A stretch of 57,924 nucleotides of DNA, filler included, from Sphacelaria rigidula (taxonomy: Eukaryota): assembly GCA_964200075.2 (NCBI GenBank). It is 7 parts of 7 records of this genome, joined end to end, with 100 filler letters (N's around TTAATTAATTAA, not from the genome) between each part and the next. Parts side by side here need not be neighbours in the genome. Positions count along the whole stretch, not along the records: positions 8,292 to 16,481 come from CAXNAA020011975.1; positions 16,582 to 24,770 come from CAXNAA020011976.1; positions 24,871 to 33,059 come from CAXNAA020011977.1; 4 more parts are not named here. One strand, given 5' to 3'. Numbering within the stretch: the stretch's first letter is position 1; each line of letters opens with the position of its first letter. Positions 11,892-25,689 of this stretch are shown here, in pieces. Position numbers and translations under genes: made by a program. A model generated the notes under the pieces. That model was not told where the DNA came from, did not search any database, and saw only the letters and a program-made list of their open reading frames with translations.

Positions 11892-14800
11892 ATATCTAGA
11901 TATCCTTCCGGCACTATGTCAGAGGAGTATGGCTGAGGAGAAAAGTGGGCCGCTGAAGGCCAATTTAGCACGCAGACAGAGAGGCCAACTTGAAGCGCGC
12001 AGCAGTGGGGGACGCTCCGTGGGCTGGAGGACGCACAAGTCGAGCAAGAGTCTCTCAGTGAAGTGTTGAATTCTAGTCTACATAGCTCAAGCGGCGGCAG
12101 CGCCGTTGGTGTTAGGTGAGCTACTAGAGCCGCCAAAGTATGGCGAAGTGTGGACTAAAGAAGCGTATGTTTTTTATGCTGCATATGTCGACTATTTAGA
12201 GAGGTTGCATTTGGCCAACGCAACAGGGGTCATAAGGCATACCAGGGTGAGCACCGGGCAACTTATCCCTACCTATATTCACCGGTGCTTCGAAAATATG
12301 TACTAGGACCGTCGGGCTATGACCCCCGACGGATTGCTTGATGCTGTGAAGCAACATGCCGGGTACACCACAACCGGCGGCAAGCATGACACTGCGCGGG
12401 CTGCGGGAGACCTTCGTAGAATTCTTACTATACCACACAGCAGCGGAATATCCGTCAAGGATCGTGCGATGATGGTAAATTTACCGGTGGAAACGTTTTT
12501 CGCAAAAAACCTCACGATTCAAGCCATGTACCGTGCGGAGGACAAGAGCTGGTTGCCAGGCCCGGCCGAGTCGATTTCTACAGCTTTGGTAGACGGGATT
12601 TCGCCTCCGGAATTCAAGGCGTATGTGAGAAGTGTACTGACGTATGTTGACGGCTGGAAAAAAGGACCAACGGTGGTGCTCAACAAAATATGTGATGCCG
12701 TGCCAACCAGGGACGCAGGCGTGGCGGCCGCGGTAGCATTCAATCGGCGGTGGATGGTGGCTCCTCCGCTGCTCTTCCACACGTCATCAGATGGTGATTC
12801 TGGATCTTATGGTTTGTCCGTAGCGGGGCGGACAGTGTGCGTGGGAAATGCAAATACTTCGGTGGGGAGTGCTGGAGCGAACAGTTCGCAACCCCTCGAT
12901 CAGGCAGGATCCGCGTCTGGTGCATCCTTTACTGCTGCGACAGCTGTAACAGCGCCGTCTGCATGTTCGGTGACTTGGTCTGGTTGGACCAACGGTTCTC
13001 AGTTGTCGATGTCAAGTGCTGAAGCGCATCCCTGGCGTCAGGTGACTCTTGGTACCGACCAGGGTTTTCCGTCAGGCGTGGTACCTGTCGATCGCAAAGC
13101 TGAATGCTTACGCGCAGATCTTTCCTTGCCTGGTTCCGTAGGTTCGTTCATGGCCCGCGTTATTCTGGATGCTGGATCCGCGCTCACGTCGATCGGTGTG
13201 GGGTTGCTAGAGCAAATGTCTTCGCAGTTCAGCGGCGCTCAGCTTCAGATTCCGTTCGAAAACGGACCGCAAACAGCGCAGACCGCCACGGGTGCTCTCG
13301 TGACGGTTACACATAAAACGGTGCCGGTCACTCTTAGCGTGCGTACGCCGTGGGGGCTGTGGAATTACAGCCCATTACTTTCGCTGTCATGGCCGGTAGG
13401 GACAACGAGGTTATATTTGGGATGGTGACGATAGAGGAGCTCGGGATTGATTTGTATCCGCTGGCGTTGGATAAGTTACGCCCGCGTGCTGTACCGGTGC
13501 AAACCGGCGTGGAAAACCCCAGCCATATTGCTGCAAGGCGTATGGCCGCATCCATACAGTCATTCCAGCAGTCATTCCAGAGCGCCAATAAAGAGAAGGC
13601 TCCTGCGGATGAAGCGGTGGAGCGCTTGGTCGATCGGGGGCCCGACATGTTCATGGACCCTGCGGAGGAGAGAGGTGCAAGAGAACGTGCGCTTGAGGAT
13701 AGCGTGCAGTAGGCCGACCAGAAGGGCCTGAGCGCCGATGGTGCACATTGTCTGCGTGATATTTTGGCTCGTCGCGTGGATACCTTTTGTCGTGCGCTGC
13801 GTGGTGATCCGCCAGCGCGCGTAGAGCCCATGAGGGGGCACGTCAAGCCACAGGCATATGCGGTGAAGGCCAAGCCTAGACGCTATGATCCGGTGAAGAC
13901 CGGGTGGCTTGCTTCATGCATCGCAGCTTTGGTGGCGTTTGGGTTATTAGTTAGGGGCATCCAGGCTGTGTGGGCGAGTCAGGCGATGGCGGTACTGAAG
14001 AGGAACACATTCTGTGTGGTCAGCGACAATCAGGCGGTGAACGTGCCAGTGGAACAGTCTCCGGGGGTGATGCCAAGTACAGAAGACACGCGGGAGGTGC
14101 TGGGAGCCCAATCCTTCGGCAACTTGGACCTGCTACAGGGGTTTATGCAGATGCCTCTGGCGCCGGAGGCTCAGGAGATCCTCACGATCGTCACGCCTGA
14201 CGGTTTGTTTACGCCAGGTGAAGCTCGCTTGGTGAAGGTTCCTACCGTTCCTGTTCGTTCTGTTGCCGTGTACATCCCGTGCGATGCCGATGATTCGCTC
14301 CCCTGCTTAGATGTCATTCGTACCGCGGAGCGCAAAACAGTCGGCGACGGTCTTCATTCTTTCCCTACGACTTTCGGTCAAGCTAGTTTGGCTGACGATG
14401 GTTTGTTTCGCGTGCGTGTTGGCAGCATTGATGTTTTTGTGGATTCCGTCGGATGATAAGACTCTACAAACTCCCTTGATGGTGTGCGCTCACATGCGGT
14501 CTGCTAGTCACCGTGGTGTGGGGCCGACTCTGTTTCGTTTGAAAGAATACTGTGTGTGGCCTCACATGGATTCCCACTTTCGCGAGTTCGTTCGCCATTG
14601 TTTGCATTGTGTAGACACTCGTGCCGGTGCGATTGTACCTCGTCCGTATGGCGATACTGTGCATGGTACTGCGCCATGTGAAGTTGTTCACTTTAATTTT
14701 CTGTACGTCGGAAGTAGCGGACCTGAAGGTGCTGATGGTTTGCCTGATGGCGATGATTTTCGGTACATTTTGATTATCATGGATGATTAGTCCAATTTAG

Positions 14801-15925
14801 TTTGGTTGGAGCCGACAGAGGCTTGCACCGTCGAGGTTACGGCTAAGCACTTGCTTCATTGGTGTAAGGCTTTGGGGGTGCCGCGTGTGTGGGTTAGTGA
14901 CACCGCCACACACTTCAAGAATCGAGTGATCGCGCAGCTGAGCGACGCACTTAAGGTGCAACACTAATTTGCTGTTGCGTATACCCTTGGTCGAATGGTG
15001 CTTGTAAACGCATGGTGGGAGAGGTTATTCGTGCGTTGCGGTCCATTTTATGGGGACAGAGACGGCCGGTGTCTGAATGAGTTGATGTTTTGCCAGAAGC
15101 TCAGTGGGCGTTGAATACTTCTTTCCGTGAACGCTACCGTAACACTCCGTATCATGTGATGTTCGGGCGTGCGCCGCGCACAGCGTTTTCCGCGCTGGTT
15201 TCTGTCACTAGCGGCGGGTGGAACGTCGATGCCATTCATGGATGCTGATTCGTTGCGTGACAAAGTTTGAGGCGTGGTTGATGAGCAAGTACGGTTTTGT
15301 GTCGAAGTGCAAGCTACTGTCGTGGTGTCTCGCGAAACCAAACGCAAGCTTGCTCAGGGCCAGGCTGTGTCGCCCAAGTTTGCAGCAGGCGATTTCGTCT
15401 TGTATGCCCGTGTTCGTACGCAAGGTGCGACGCCAAAGTTGATGTTCACATGGACAGGTCCGTGGCGAGTGGTCGGAGCTGATGACGCTCACCTGTATTC
15501 GTTGCAAAAGATTGTTTCTGGCGCCGTGCGCGTGATCCATGCCGCTCGTTTGCGTTCCTATGCTGACTCGCAGTTGCACATCACTGCGAAACTAAAAAAT
15601 GTATTCAGCATTCGTTTGCTCAAGGTGAATGTCGGACGAATGCTTTGGTGCACGTCGCTGAGGATGACAACGGTGATCTTATTGTTTTGGTCGATTGGGA
15701 TAGGTTCGGTGCTGAAAAACGTAGGTGGAAGTCTATTCGCAAGATTCATTCTTCTGCACCTGAATTTGTTTTGAAGGGACTGCGTAAAATGCGGTTGACT
15801 CGGGCGCTGACCAGTAAATTAGCGTCGGGGTATGGTATTTCTTGGTGATCTGGCGCGTGCGATTTCGCCTTGGTTTTGTTGGTTGTCAAGCTCGTTCGAT
15901 TGTCTTGAACTCGCTTTGAGGGTGG

Positions 15926-16183
15926 TGTAGGTAAATGATACCGAGCCGTAGGTTCCCGTATAATCGCGTGCATGATTGGAGCAGTGGCAGGGGACAGGGG
16001 ATCCTGGATTGATGGCTCTTTTCTGTGTGGCCCCTTGCTGTCTGGGTCGTGATCTGATCTGTTGACGACTATTCCGTGATCATGACAAGGTAGTAGAAAG
16101 GACTTGTCGAGCACGAGGCCAGTGCTACTGGAGGAGTCCCTCGTGGATAGTCCTCTTGTCCATATTGTCTGGCAGAGGCAACA
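15926..16183 (+). repeat. 3' LTR
   Basis: Runs TGTAGG...GGCAACA, follows a short polypurine-like tract and is homologous to the 5' LTR. Confidence 0.88.
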
Positions 16184-17204
16184 AGCCACGATCACTACTG
16201 TACATTGAGATACAACAGCCTCTTTTGACCATATATTTTCGACTTGCGTCACCCCCGGGAGGCATGTCCCATATACACCCCCGGGAGCCTTATGTACTCT
16301 ATTGTATTGCCAGTGTATATGGGATTTGTACAGCAGAGGCTGTAAATTAGGCAAAACAAGAATTTATCCCGAACGGCTTCTACTGTACAAATCCCATATA
16401 TATATATATATATATGCTGTGCCCCGTATAGGAGTTGGACAGCACGGGTGCCTTTAGAAATTATCCACAGGATTTTGATATNNNNNNNNNNNNNNNNNNN
16501 NNNNNNNNNNNNNNNNNNNNNNNNNTTAATTAATTAANNNNNNNNNNNNNNNNNNNNNNNNNNNNNNNNNNNNNNNNNNNNTCTTGTGACTATGGCATGC
16601 ATGATCATGAGTACACCCCCCCCCGCCCTCCGATTATATCCAATACATTCGTGTCATGTATAGCAACCGTGTCCCGACTTCAATTATTGGACACCACTCT
16701 GGTTACCTTACCGAAGATGAATGCTCAGGATGGATGCCTTCCTCCAAGGAAAACGCATTTGTGTACAGGCCTACATGTTTTCAACCTGGGTTACACACAA
16801 ATCCGCTGATTTCGACCTCTCGATCATCCCTGTGCAGCTCATGCCTCGCCTAGCCGCCACGGTATTCGGCGATGCGAACAAGTAGTGAAAGGGACACCAA
16901 GATCGTATGGGGATGAATTTGTCTGGGAAAAGAGGAACAGAAGGGCTGGGCTCGCCATGGGATCAAGCGCCACAGCATGATCGCATGATTTTGGATATGA
17001 CACACGTATCGGATGTAACTGATGGTGTATGTCATGAGTTCACAGGCCGAGGGCTACGGGGTTCATGGCGTGGATGATTTCAGGATTTGTTACCAGTGAC
17101 CGATCCAGGCAAACACAATGGACGTGACTTCCACGTATGATGTGCTCGCTGAACGGCGTTTTTTTTCCTTCGATTTTTGTCGTGCTTGCTTTTCGGAACA
17201 ACAG

Positions 17205-20200
17205 GTGGAGATGCAGGAGGTGATGCTCAAGACCAAGGGCCTCTTCGCGGAGGAGGTGCGCAAACTAACCTCGAGATATATGTTGCTAGACAAATCTTGG
17301 AAGTTTCTTCCATAGGATAATTCTTGGTGGTCACCGTTGGTTCATTTTTCAACGTCTGCATTGGCTTGTATGAAAGGTAACCCGCCCTAACATCAAACTC
17401 GAGGCTGCGACACGGGTGTAATCCCGTCGGATGTGTGTTGACCACGAACTGTACTGTGCCTAGTAGTTGGTCTAACGTCCGTCCGTTACGGCTGAATTAT
17501 ATTGTTTGACCTTTTGATGAGGTGGAAGAAAACTTGCCCAGTAGTCGGCTTCTTCCGTGCCTTGTTCCAGGACTGACTTCCCCCAAGATATTTTGCTGAC
17601 TCCCGCCCCCCCACCCCTCCCCCCTTTTTTCCCCTTCTTGGTTTTGGATTTCCTGCACCCTGATGTGATTTCCATGAAGATGCCGTACCTTCACATGGAG
17701 GAGACGACATCCGGCGCGCGACGTTACCAGGACATGGAAGGCGGGTCCATTCAGGCGCCTGGAGGACAGGTATAATTCCGACTCATTGGCTTTCATAACC
17801 CACTGACAAAAATACGTGTGCTGTATGGGAAGCATACTTGCTGGCCGCGGAACGAAAAGCATGTGCAGTAGTGGGTCAAATTTCGGTGGTTTCTTCCCGT
17901 CGTTGAACACGACAGGAGAGTCCCGTCGCGCATGTGTAGAGTATGGCGCCGTGCAGGGCAACCCGCCTTGGCAGGTTATGGTGGGTAATGAGTACCGGCG
18001 GGACTCGAAATCGATTCGAGCCGGAGTGCGCCACGGGGGTTATTCATCTGTTCATTGTTGCCTGCTTTTTCCCTTGTGTGGGCGGGCGGCGGCGGCGCTT
18101 GGGTGGATACTGTATTCAGAAAAACGAGTTGAAGTTCTCGTACTTGGCGGGCACAGTGGATGCTATCGACAAAACCCGCTTCGAGCGACAGCTGTTCCGG
18201 ACCACGAGGGGTAACTGCTACGTACGGTTCGCCGAAATCGAGCAGCCCATCAACGACCCGTCTACGGGGGTTGCCGTGGAGAAAATGGTGTTCATAGTCT
18301 TCTACAAGGTGAGGGGTTCCATCACGCGATGGGAGCATAATGGAGGCATTAAGCAGGGAGCGAACGTGGTGGAACTCTGATAGCATACGAATATTGCAGA
18401 TGGCCTACTTTTGCCCTCGTGAAGTGTTGGGTCCCATTTTCGTTTTCGTCGTGAGTCCATTCACCCATGCCCTATGCGGAAATTGAAGTTTGGCGTTTTG
18501 ACTTCAAGTGGGCAAGGAATGGCGGTAGTGGCGGTAGTGGTTGACTACGTTTTTGGATTGCATTTTTTTCCAGTCATTCGTTCTCCCCCCTGATGCGTGC
18601 GGATGTCGGTGTGGTGGTAACGTCGATGTGGTACTGATTCAGTGATGTGACAGTGACGGTCTCAACACGGTAAATATCTAGTGACGTCGTACCGTACAAC
18701 ACCCCGTTTTACCGATTTGATTATATATTTATGTATCGATCTGGAATAATGTTCTGTTTTACCTTTTTCTGTTTGTTCTATTTTCTCCAGCGAGTGTCTC
18801 AATTTCGTTTTGACTTGGGTATGTTTCTCATGTGACCACGGCTAATCCCTGGGGGGTCAGTTGAAGTGCGACAGTAAAAAAAAACGATTATTGGTACGAA
18901 TAACTGTCAGGCGCCCACAACCCGCCCCCCCCCGGCCAGGCGATCACAGCACTCNNNNNNNNNNGGGGGGTAGAGTACAAGACACAAAAAAAAAAAAACA
19001 GTCTTTTTTCTAATACCCATCTCCACCCCCCCCCCCCCCCCCCTCAGTATTTTTCATACTGAACATCAAGAAAAATGTGTGGTCAATGAGTACAAAAACG
19101 GCAGTCCGAATGTGTTGGCGGGTCTAATGGTAAAATGAAAGAACCCTGGGGATGCGGTACCCGATGGACTGGTCAATGTGTAGGCGGCGGCCATCGAGGC
19201 GAAGATCACGAAGATCTGCGATGCCTTCAAGGCCCGGCGGTACGACCTACCCGACATGGACGATGCCCCTGCGGTGAAGAAGCTCATGAACGACAACTAC
19301 ACGGAGATGCACGACGCACGCATGGTTTTGTTGAAGGTGCGCCAGCCGCCGTGATCCGTACCGGTGGGGTTGTATAGTTGCCGTTTCTGCTGTGGTTGCA
19401 ATGGCGGTGAGGTGGCAGTGTGTGTTGTGTGTAGCCTCGCCTCGTTTACCAAAAACATGGGCCGCGGTGTTTTCGCCACGTTCTGGGGTTGCTGTTGTCC
19501 GGGTAAAGACCCACAATGTTAATTCTTGTTGCTTTCCCGTTTTATTTCTTCTTCAAACTCTTCGATGCCTCACTGCCGCCGTGGGCGACAGTGCGAGTGG
19601 TCCCTTAGATTTCGTCTTGTTACTCGGAGGAATATGTCCAAGTCGTCTGCGTAGCTACTACTACAGCGTGATGGCTGATGTGGGTCGTATGCTCCAAAAT
19701 GATGGCGTGTCTTCATATCTGTGCTGTAATATTTGTTTTTTTCTCTGTGGTTTTAACCTGCTACGCCTCACCACTGGTCCATGTTTGTGTGGTTTGTGTG
19801 TTTGGGTCGCGTATGTGTGCGTGTGTGTTCACTCGGCAGAACCGCGATGCTCGTCTCAGCCTGTGTGCCACGGCGGCTGACCGGCTGGAGGGCTGGACAT
19901 GGACCATCCTCCGCGAGAAGTCAACCTATCACACCCTCAACACCTTCAAGTACGTGTTTTTACACTTAAATGAATCCCTTATTTTTGCTTTCCATTGTTT
20001 TCACTCATGTACACTCATGCTCTTGTCTCCTTGTTTCCCCAGCACTTGATTTGATGGCTTTTTGTGGTTTGCCTCTTGTGTACCTCGCAACATACTTGGG
20101 TCTCGCGTCCCTCTTCAAATGGTTGTGCTCTACTCCCCAGGCCGGGTTCCATCATCCCAGGCTGTGATAGACGCTGTCATCTTCACAGCCGGCAGCGAAA

Positions 20201-23200
20201 TCTTTTCTGGAGACAGGGAGCAATCATTCGTAATTTTGTGTTTACCCTTGACTTGTCTGCACATACTACTCACACGATACTTTGACGCTGCCGCAGTCTC
20301 AATCCATCCGTGCGCGCACCCCCGCGATCATCATTCAACTGCTCACCACGACTTGCCTCGGGTTACCCAATCCATCCTGTCTTTCTTCTCTTGGGGGAAA
20401 ATCAAACTAGGCCGGACGTTCGCGGTATCCTTCGGGGAGAAGGGTGGGTGGTCGGCGAAGGCCTCGCAAATACGCAGAAGGCCGTGAGCAAGGCGCACGC
20501 AAACATGGACACTGGCATGCCTTCCATGGTTGAGGTGCTGCCGAAGCCTTGGCCCACGCCGCCGACGTACTTCGAGCTCAACGCTTTCACCACTGCCTAC
20601 CAGGTGCGCCCGTGCGTCTCGCGTCTTTCGCCTTTTTTGTGTCCTTCTTTCGTCTGTTTTTTGTTTTGGTTTGTTTCGCTCAGGATGGATCAGATGTTTT
20701 TCCCGCGGAGGAAAATATATATTCGTCAAAGAGGAAACTTTGGGTGTTGTCTGTCATAATGGGTTCATGTCGCTTCTGTTTTTTCTACTTATTTCTCTTT
20801 TCTTTTTCCGTGCCTTTGGTGATGTTAACGAGCATAACATGAGAGCGTAATTTTTTCGTTCGAGTGACATGTATGGTGATGGAACAACCAGCATGTATGC
20901 CTTCGAGTCTTTCGTGCCTTGTGCCTCCCGTCCACTTTCGTCTTTTTTTTTTTTCGTGCAAAAGTCGTGCTCTCGGGATATGTGTTCGACCCCTTGCCTT
21001 CTTCACCGGAAATAAGGAAAAAATAAGCGTGGAATAAAACAGGTGTCCGAAAGTAGCATGTTGATTGGTTGTCGCAACTGTAGACCCCCCCAGTGATTCA
21101 TCAACCGGGGGCCTCGAGGCTGGCTGTTCGTCGGTCTCTCGAAAATATGAATTTGCCTCTCCATTATGTTTTCGCTAATCAAAGCGCATTTTCCGAACCG
21201 ATATATTATCCTTGCATGTTTCGTGTGTGTAGCTTTTTCCAAAAAGGAACGTGTCGACGTGTGTCCAGTGATGGTTCGGTTCAAAACCACTCCAAGCATG
21301 CGGACAGACACCCGACAAAAATTACGTAATGTGCCGAAGACGACCCTCCGTCCCGTACTCGGGATGGTCGAAACCCCTCGACACCGTGAGGGTAGGTCAT
21401 ATGAATATGCACACATTTTTCGAGTAAAAATGATGCCGATTCAACAGATGACCAACTCTCGCTCGCGAAGGGTAAATTAAATTAGCCCTCGGATCGCTAT
21501 TACAAGGGTAGGCGATCTGTTGAGCTGGCTTCATTCACCTTAGTTTTCAATTGTGAACGATTCTGATTCAACTTATCGCCTATCCTATGGCGGTCATAGG
21601 GTTGAAATAACACTTTTCATTGTGTCACGGGGGAACTAAACAGGGAAAAATTGTCGTGTTCAGACCAAGCTCTACCTTCCGTACACTTTCTCTTCACCTA
21701 CGAGCCGATCTGACCCAAGGATGTCCCTGCCGCGTACGTGTGTGTTTCTTGCCGTTTGATACTTTTCAGGAGTTTGTGAACACCTACGGTATCCCCCGCT
21801 ACAAAGAGGCGAACCCGGCGCTATTCACGGCCGCATCGTTCCCCTTCCTCTACGGGATTATGTACGGAGATATTGGGCACGGTACCATCATCCTGTTGTT
21901 GGGACTGTACCTAGTGTACTCCTGGAAGAGCGTCTCCGGCAGGAGGGACATGGGCGAGATGTTGAACGGAATGTGAGGAATGAAAGAAACAGGCACACGA
22001 ACCAACCATTCTCATAATTCGGCGAGAGCGTTAACGACTTTCTTGACTCACGGATTTTTTCTCATCATCTTCGCTTCACACTGGTCTTTTTTAATTCTTT
22101 CTTTGGTTTTGTCGTCCAATTGGTTCTCGTGTATCCGAGTGTCTGGTACATGCACATTCTATCGCCGGAAAGGAGACGCGTACTGAAGGAGAGCCAATTG
22201 TCCTTTTGCGACGCCAGTGTAGTAAAAAAGTGGTAACCCTTCGGGAGACGTGCGTCTTTTTTTTCAGCAAATGGAACGTGTATCTGACACATTCGGATAC
22301 TCGTACATGCTCTCAGCTTTACGTGGTGATCGTGCGTGCCTCTTGATGGCAAAAATCTTGTCTTGATGGATTGTCGAATCTTCGGTCGTTGCTTTGTTCC
22401 GTTCTCACCGAATGGCAAGTACCACTCGTAAGCCGAAGAAAGAACTAGCTGCGGGGTGTGTACATGAGGTTCAACGCCGATCACCCTCCCCCACAACAGT
22501 CGGGCGTTGCTACCCCCTCGAGGCTAGTAAGGAACACTATCCGATGCGTCTCGTGCCACGTGCAGTTCAGCAGGCACTCGCGTGTGACGGCGAAATTATG
22601 ATATTGTCATCCGTCAAGTTTGTGGAAAATGTTGTGTTGTTTGTTTTCGTCGTCCGACGTTCATGCTGATCTGTTTTTTTATTCTGTTTTTGTCCTCCGC
22701 GTTCACTTCTCTCTCTCGTTCTCCCTCTCTTTCTCGCGCGCGGAACCTGACACGAAAAATGAAGGTATCTTGCGCGCTACATGATCACGATGATGGGCTT
22801 CTTCGCTGTGTACGCCGGTCTGATCTACAACGATTTCTTCTCCGTTCCGCTCGATCTGTTCGGCTCCTCTTGGCATTTCTCCGAGGAACCGGTGAGGGCC
22901 AGTTCTAGGCAGGGTGGAGGCGTAAGGGTGGCCGCGGGGCTTCGGCGTGTAGATCGCTGGTGGTGTGTATGTATGACTGTTGAACTAATTGCAGTTGTGA
23001 GTGGGTGGTGATGGTTCCAAGGTTTTGTTATACTCGTACCGGGTATACCCGAAAGCGGGGGATTTACAGAACACAATGTTGAATGATTGGTTCTAATCGT
23101 TCTTTTTTTCACTACCCGAAGAACGGTTCACACGGTGCATGCTTCCTCCACTGGGTAGCCCTGTAGTTTCCTACCGCAAGATTTGCATATGCAAGTCGAT

Positions 23201-24253
23201 ACTATTTGCGTACGCGCGATCTCAATGGTGTGTACTGCGTGCAGTATCGACCACCCACTGCACGTACAGGCGATGTGTTTCGTTGATCCGTCCCTCGGTG
23301 TTCCCTTCGGGTATTGTACAGGGATAACAAATTGAGATGATCCCCAGGTGGAATAAATTTTCTGTGCTCTACAAAGTTCTGAGTCAACACTTTTTTGTGT
23401 CTCGTTGCGTGCATATTTTTTTCCGTGCAGCATGGGGGCGAGGAAGCGGAAAACGTGGCGGATTATGGCGATGCCTCTGCGGTATACCCCTTCGGTGTTG
23501 ACCCGACCTGGCACATCGCCGAGAACGAGGTGAGAACGATATGTCCGCAAGTACAACATACCGCGTCATTTTACCGTTGATTGGTGGTACAGTGTGGATG
23601 ATGACTAGCCAGACGCGTCACCTTGGCGGACTTCGGTGCAGTGTAGTTTCGGGTTCCGATCGACTCGATCGCACAAGAGACAACTCCCGAGTTTTTTCTG
23701 ATTCAGTTTGCCCTTTTTTTCTCATGCCAATTTTTTTCCTTTGTTCAAAAAGCGAGAATCCACACCCGAATCTAACCTTATATAACCTTATATATGTATA
23801 TGTCTTGCCCACGAAAACGTCAATGTAAATCATCAGTTTTCCATCAACGAGGAGTTGAAGGTTTCGAAGCCCTGGATATTGGTTTCGTGGCTGCAAGCTT
23901 CCTCAGAAATCCTCGCGACAAGTAACACTAGCCGTTCAATCACCTCGGAGATGCGTGTATTGTGGCCGCATGCTCAAAAAGATAGTACCCGAATTCGTTC
24001 GGCTGGCTGGTAGTTTGTCACAAAAATCACAATTTCCCCCCCCCCCCCCCTTTTCTGTCTTGTTCGTTTCTCCTTTCTCATTTCAGCTCCTGTTCTTCAA
24101 CTCCATGAAGATGAAGATGTCAGTCATCCTCGGGGTAATCCAGATGACGTTTGGAGTGTGCCTCAAGGCCATGAACGCCGTGTACTTCAAGGAGAGCTTA
24201 GACTTCTTCTTCGAGTTCATCCCCATGATCATCTTCGTCCTCACCCTATTCGG
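17205..24253 (+). CDS. VHA-a: V-type H+-ATPase V0 subunit a (Vph1/ATP6V0A family), partial spliced gene
   Basis: GT-AG exons with consistent phases: 17205-17255, 17680-17769, 18120-18308, 19184-19336, 19840-19949, 20411-20603, 21770-21972, 22765-22891, 23431-23529, 24087-24253. Peptides [107 protein letters not shown] and [14 protein letters not shown] are hallmarks of subunit a. Both ends lie outside the contig. Confidence 0.95.
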
Positions 24254-25689
24254 GTGAGAAAGAGAGACACACAGGAGAGGATGAGATGGGGAACTATGTA
24301 TACGACCGATCCTGAGCACGAAAATTTTAATTTCTTCTCACGGTTTGCACAATGATCGATCGCCGATGTCTGGCTCCACTGAACAGATTGGTTCGCTGCG
24401 TTTTCCTATGGATATTTCTCGAGTAGTTTTCGTTTTACCTCGACTTGAACAGTGGTGCGCTACCGTCACGTCCACCATGGCTCATGGTTGGCTTTCAAAT
24501 TTTTGTTGTGCAAGGGGCTCCGTGAACCGCAGGCCGTGACCCATAGCGTCCGCTCTTCCCTGGAGCCGAGAGCTCTCGATAATGCAGAAAAAAAATGACG
24601 TCTGTAGAATAATCATCATCTCCATCAACTTTGATATCTGGGATATATCCTTCCTCGGTATGACTGTCTTCCCCCCCCCCCCCCCCCCCCCCCCCCCCGT
24701 CCCCCCCGCCCCCGGCCCCCCCCCCACCCCGCCTTTCCAAAAAACAGTGGCCGGGGCCGGGAGAGCGTCGNNNNNNNNNNNNNNNNNNNNNNNNNNNNNN
24801 NNNNNNNNNNNNNNTTAATTAATTAANNNNNNNNNNNNNNNNNNNNNNNNNNNNNNNNNNNNNNNNNNNNATAGATGATTGGCTGTGATTAGTCCGATCT
24901 CGCGAACCCGTGGTCACAGACGCAGGCTGGCCTTTCCAATACCGTCCTTGCTATTCCTTACCAGACACATTACCAAAAGAAATGAAAAAAAATATACGAA
25001 GAGCGACGCCATGAAAAACGGTGAGAAGTAGCTTCCCCGAGTTCAACGGGGAGAGAAAAGAAGGAAAGAAAAACAAACAAACGAACGAACAACAAGCGCC
25101 AGCTCTGTCAAAAATGTACACCAAAAGAAAGGAAGAGACATACTAAAGGACAAAACAGGAAAATACACGTGACACACGGAAAGCAGTATGGCCACCATGT
25201 TAGGGGTTCAGCTCAAAAAACAAAAAATCAAAAACAACCCCAGGCACCCTCATATACGACTACCACAGCTGTTCGGAGAAAGAGCAGCAGCGAGTGTACT
25301 GCTCGAACGGAGTACAGGTTACTTTTCAGTGGTCCTCGGTCGGCATCGGGGGAGTTCTAGAGGAAGTACAATAGGCAGTATAAAAAGAAAGAATACTTGC
25401 ACGTTGTCGTTATTAATCGGCACAACAGACAACAAGAAACGAACAAATTGAGCAAGCAAGGAGGACGAAACTTGGGCGAAACAAAAAGATCAAAAACACC
25501 GAAAACGATGTTCTTGGTACGTACATGTATGATGGCAAAAAATTAAAACAAGTAGAGAAAACAGTAATCTGAAGGCGACGAGAGGAGGAAGGGAGTGTAA
25601 GGCTTGATGCTGTAATCGTTCGAGCAAAGTAAATGCAGTGGATCACTTCATGGTTACGGCATGCGGAGGAAGTCGCTCCTCGCCGTCAG

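Larger units (their letters stand above)
11634..16183 (+). mobile_element. Degenerate Ty3/gypsy LTR retrotransposon (gag, protease, partial RT, integrase, chromodomain-like tail)
   Basis: Direct LTRs at ~11634-11891 and 15926-16183; the 3' LTR runs TG...CA and is preceded by purine-rich GAGGGTGG. Gag-like region ~12106-12800. Protease VILDAGSA ~13160. RT N-part (WAS.AM, LDLLQGFMQMPL, TPDGLFTP) 13764-14215. Integrase zinc motif AH...HRG...W..M..H...FV.HC.HC, WVSDTATHF core and GPW motif 14480-15600. The PR-RT-INT order is gypsy. Many stops and frameshifts. Confidence 0.93.
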
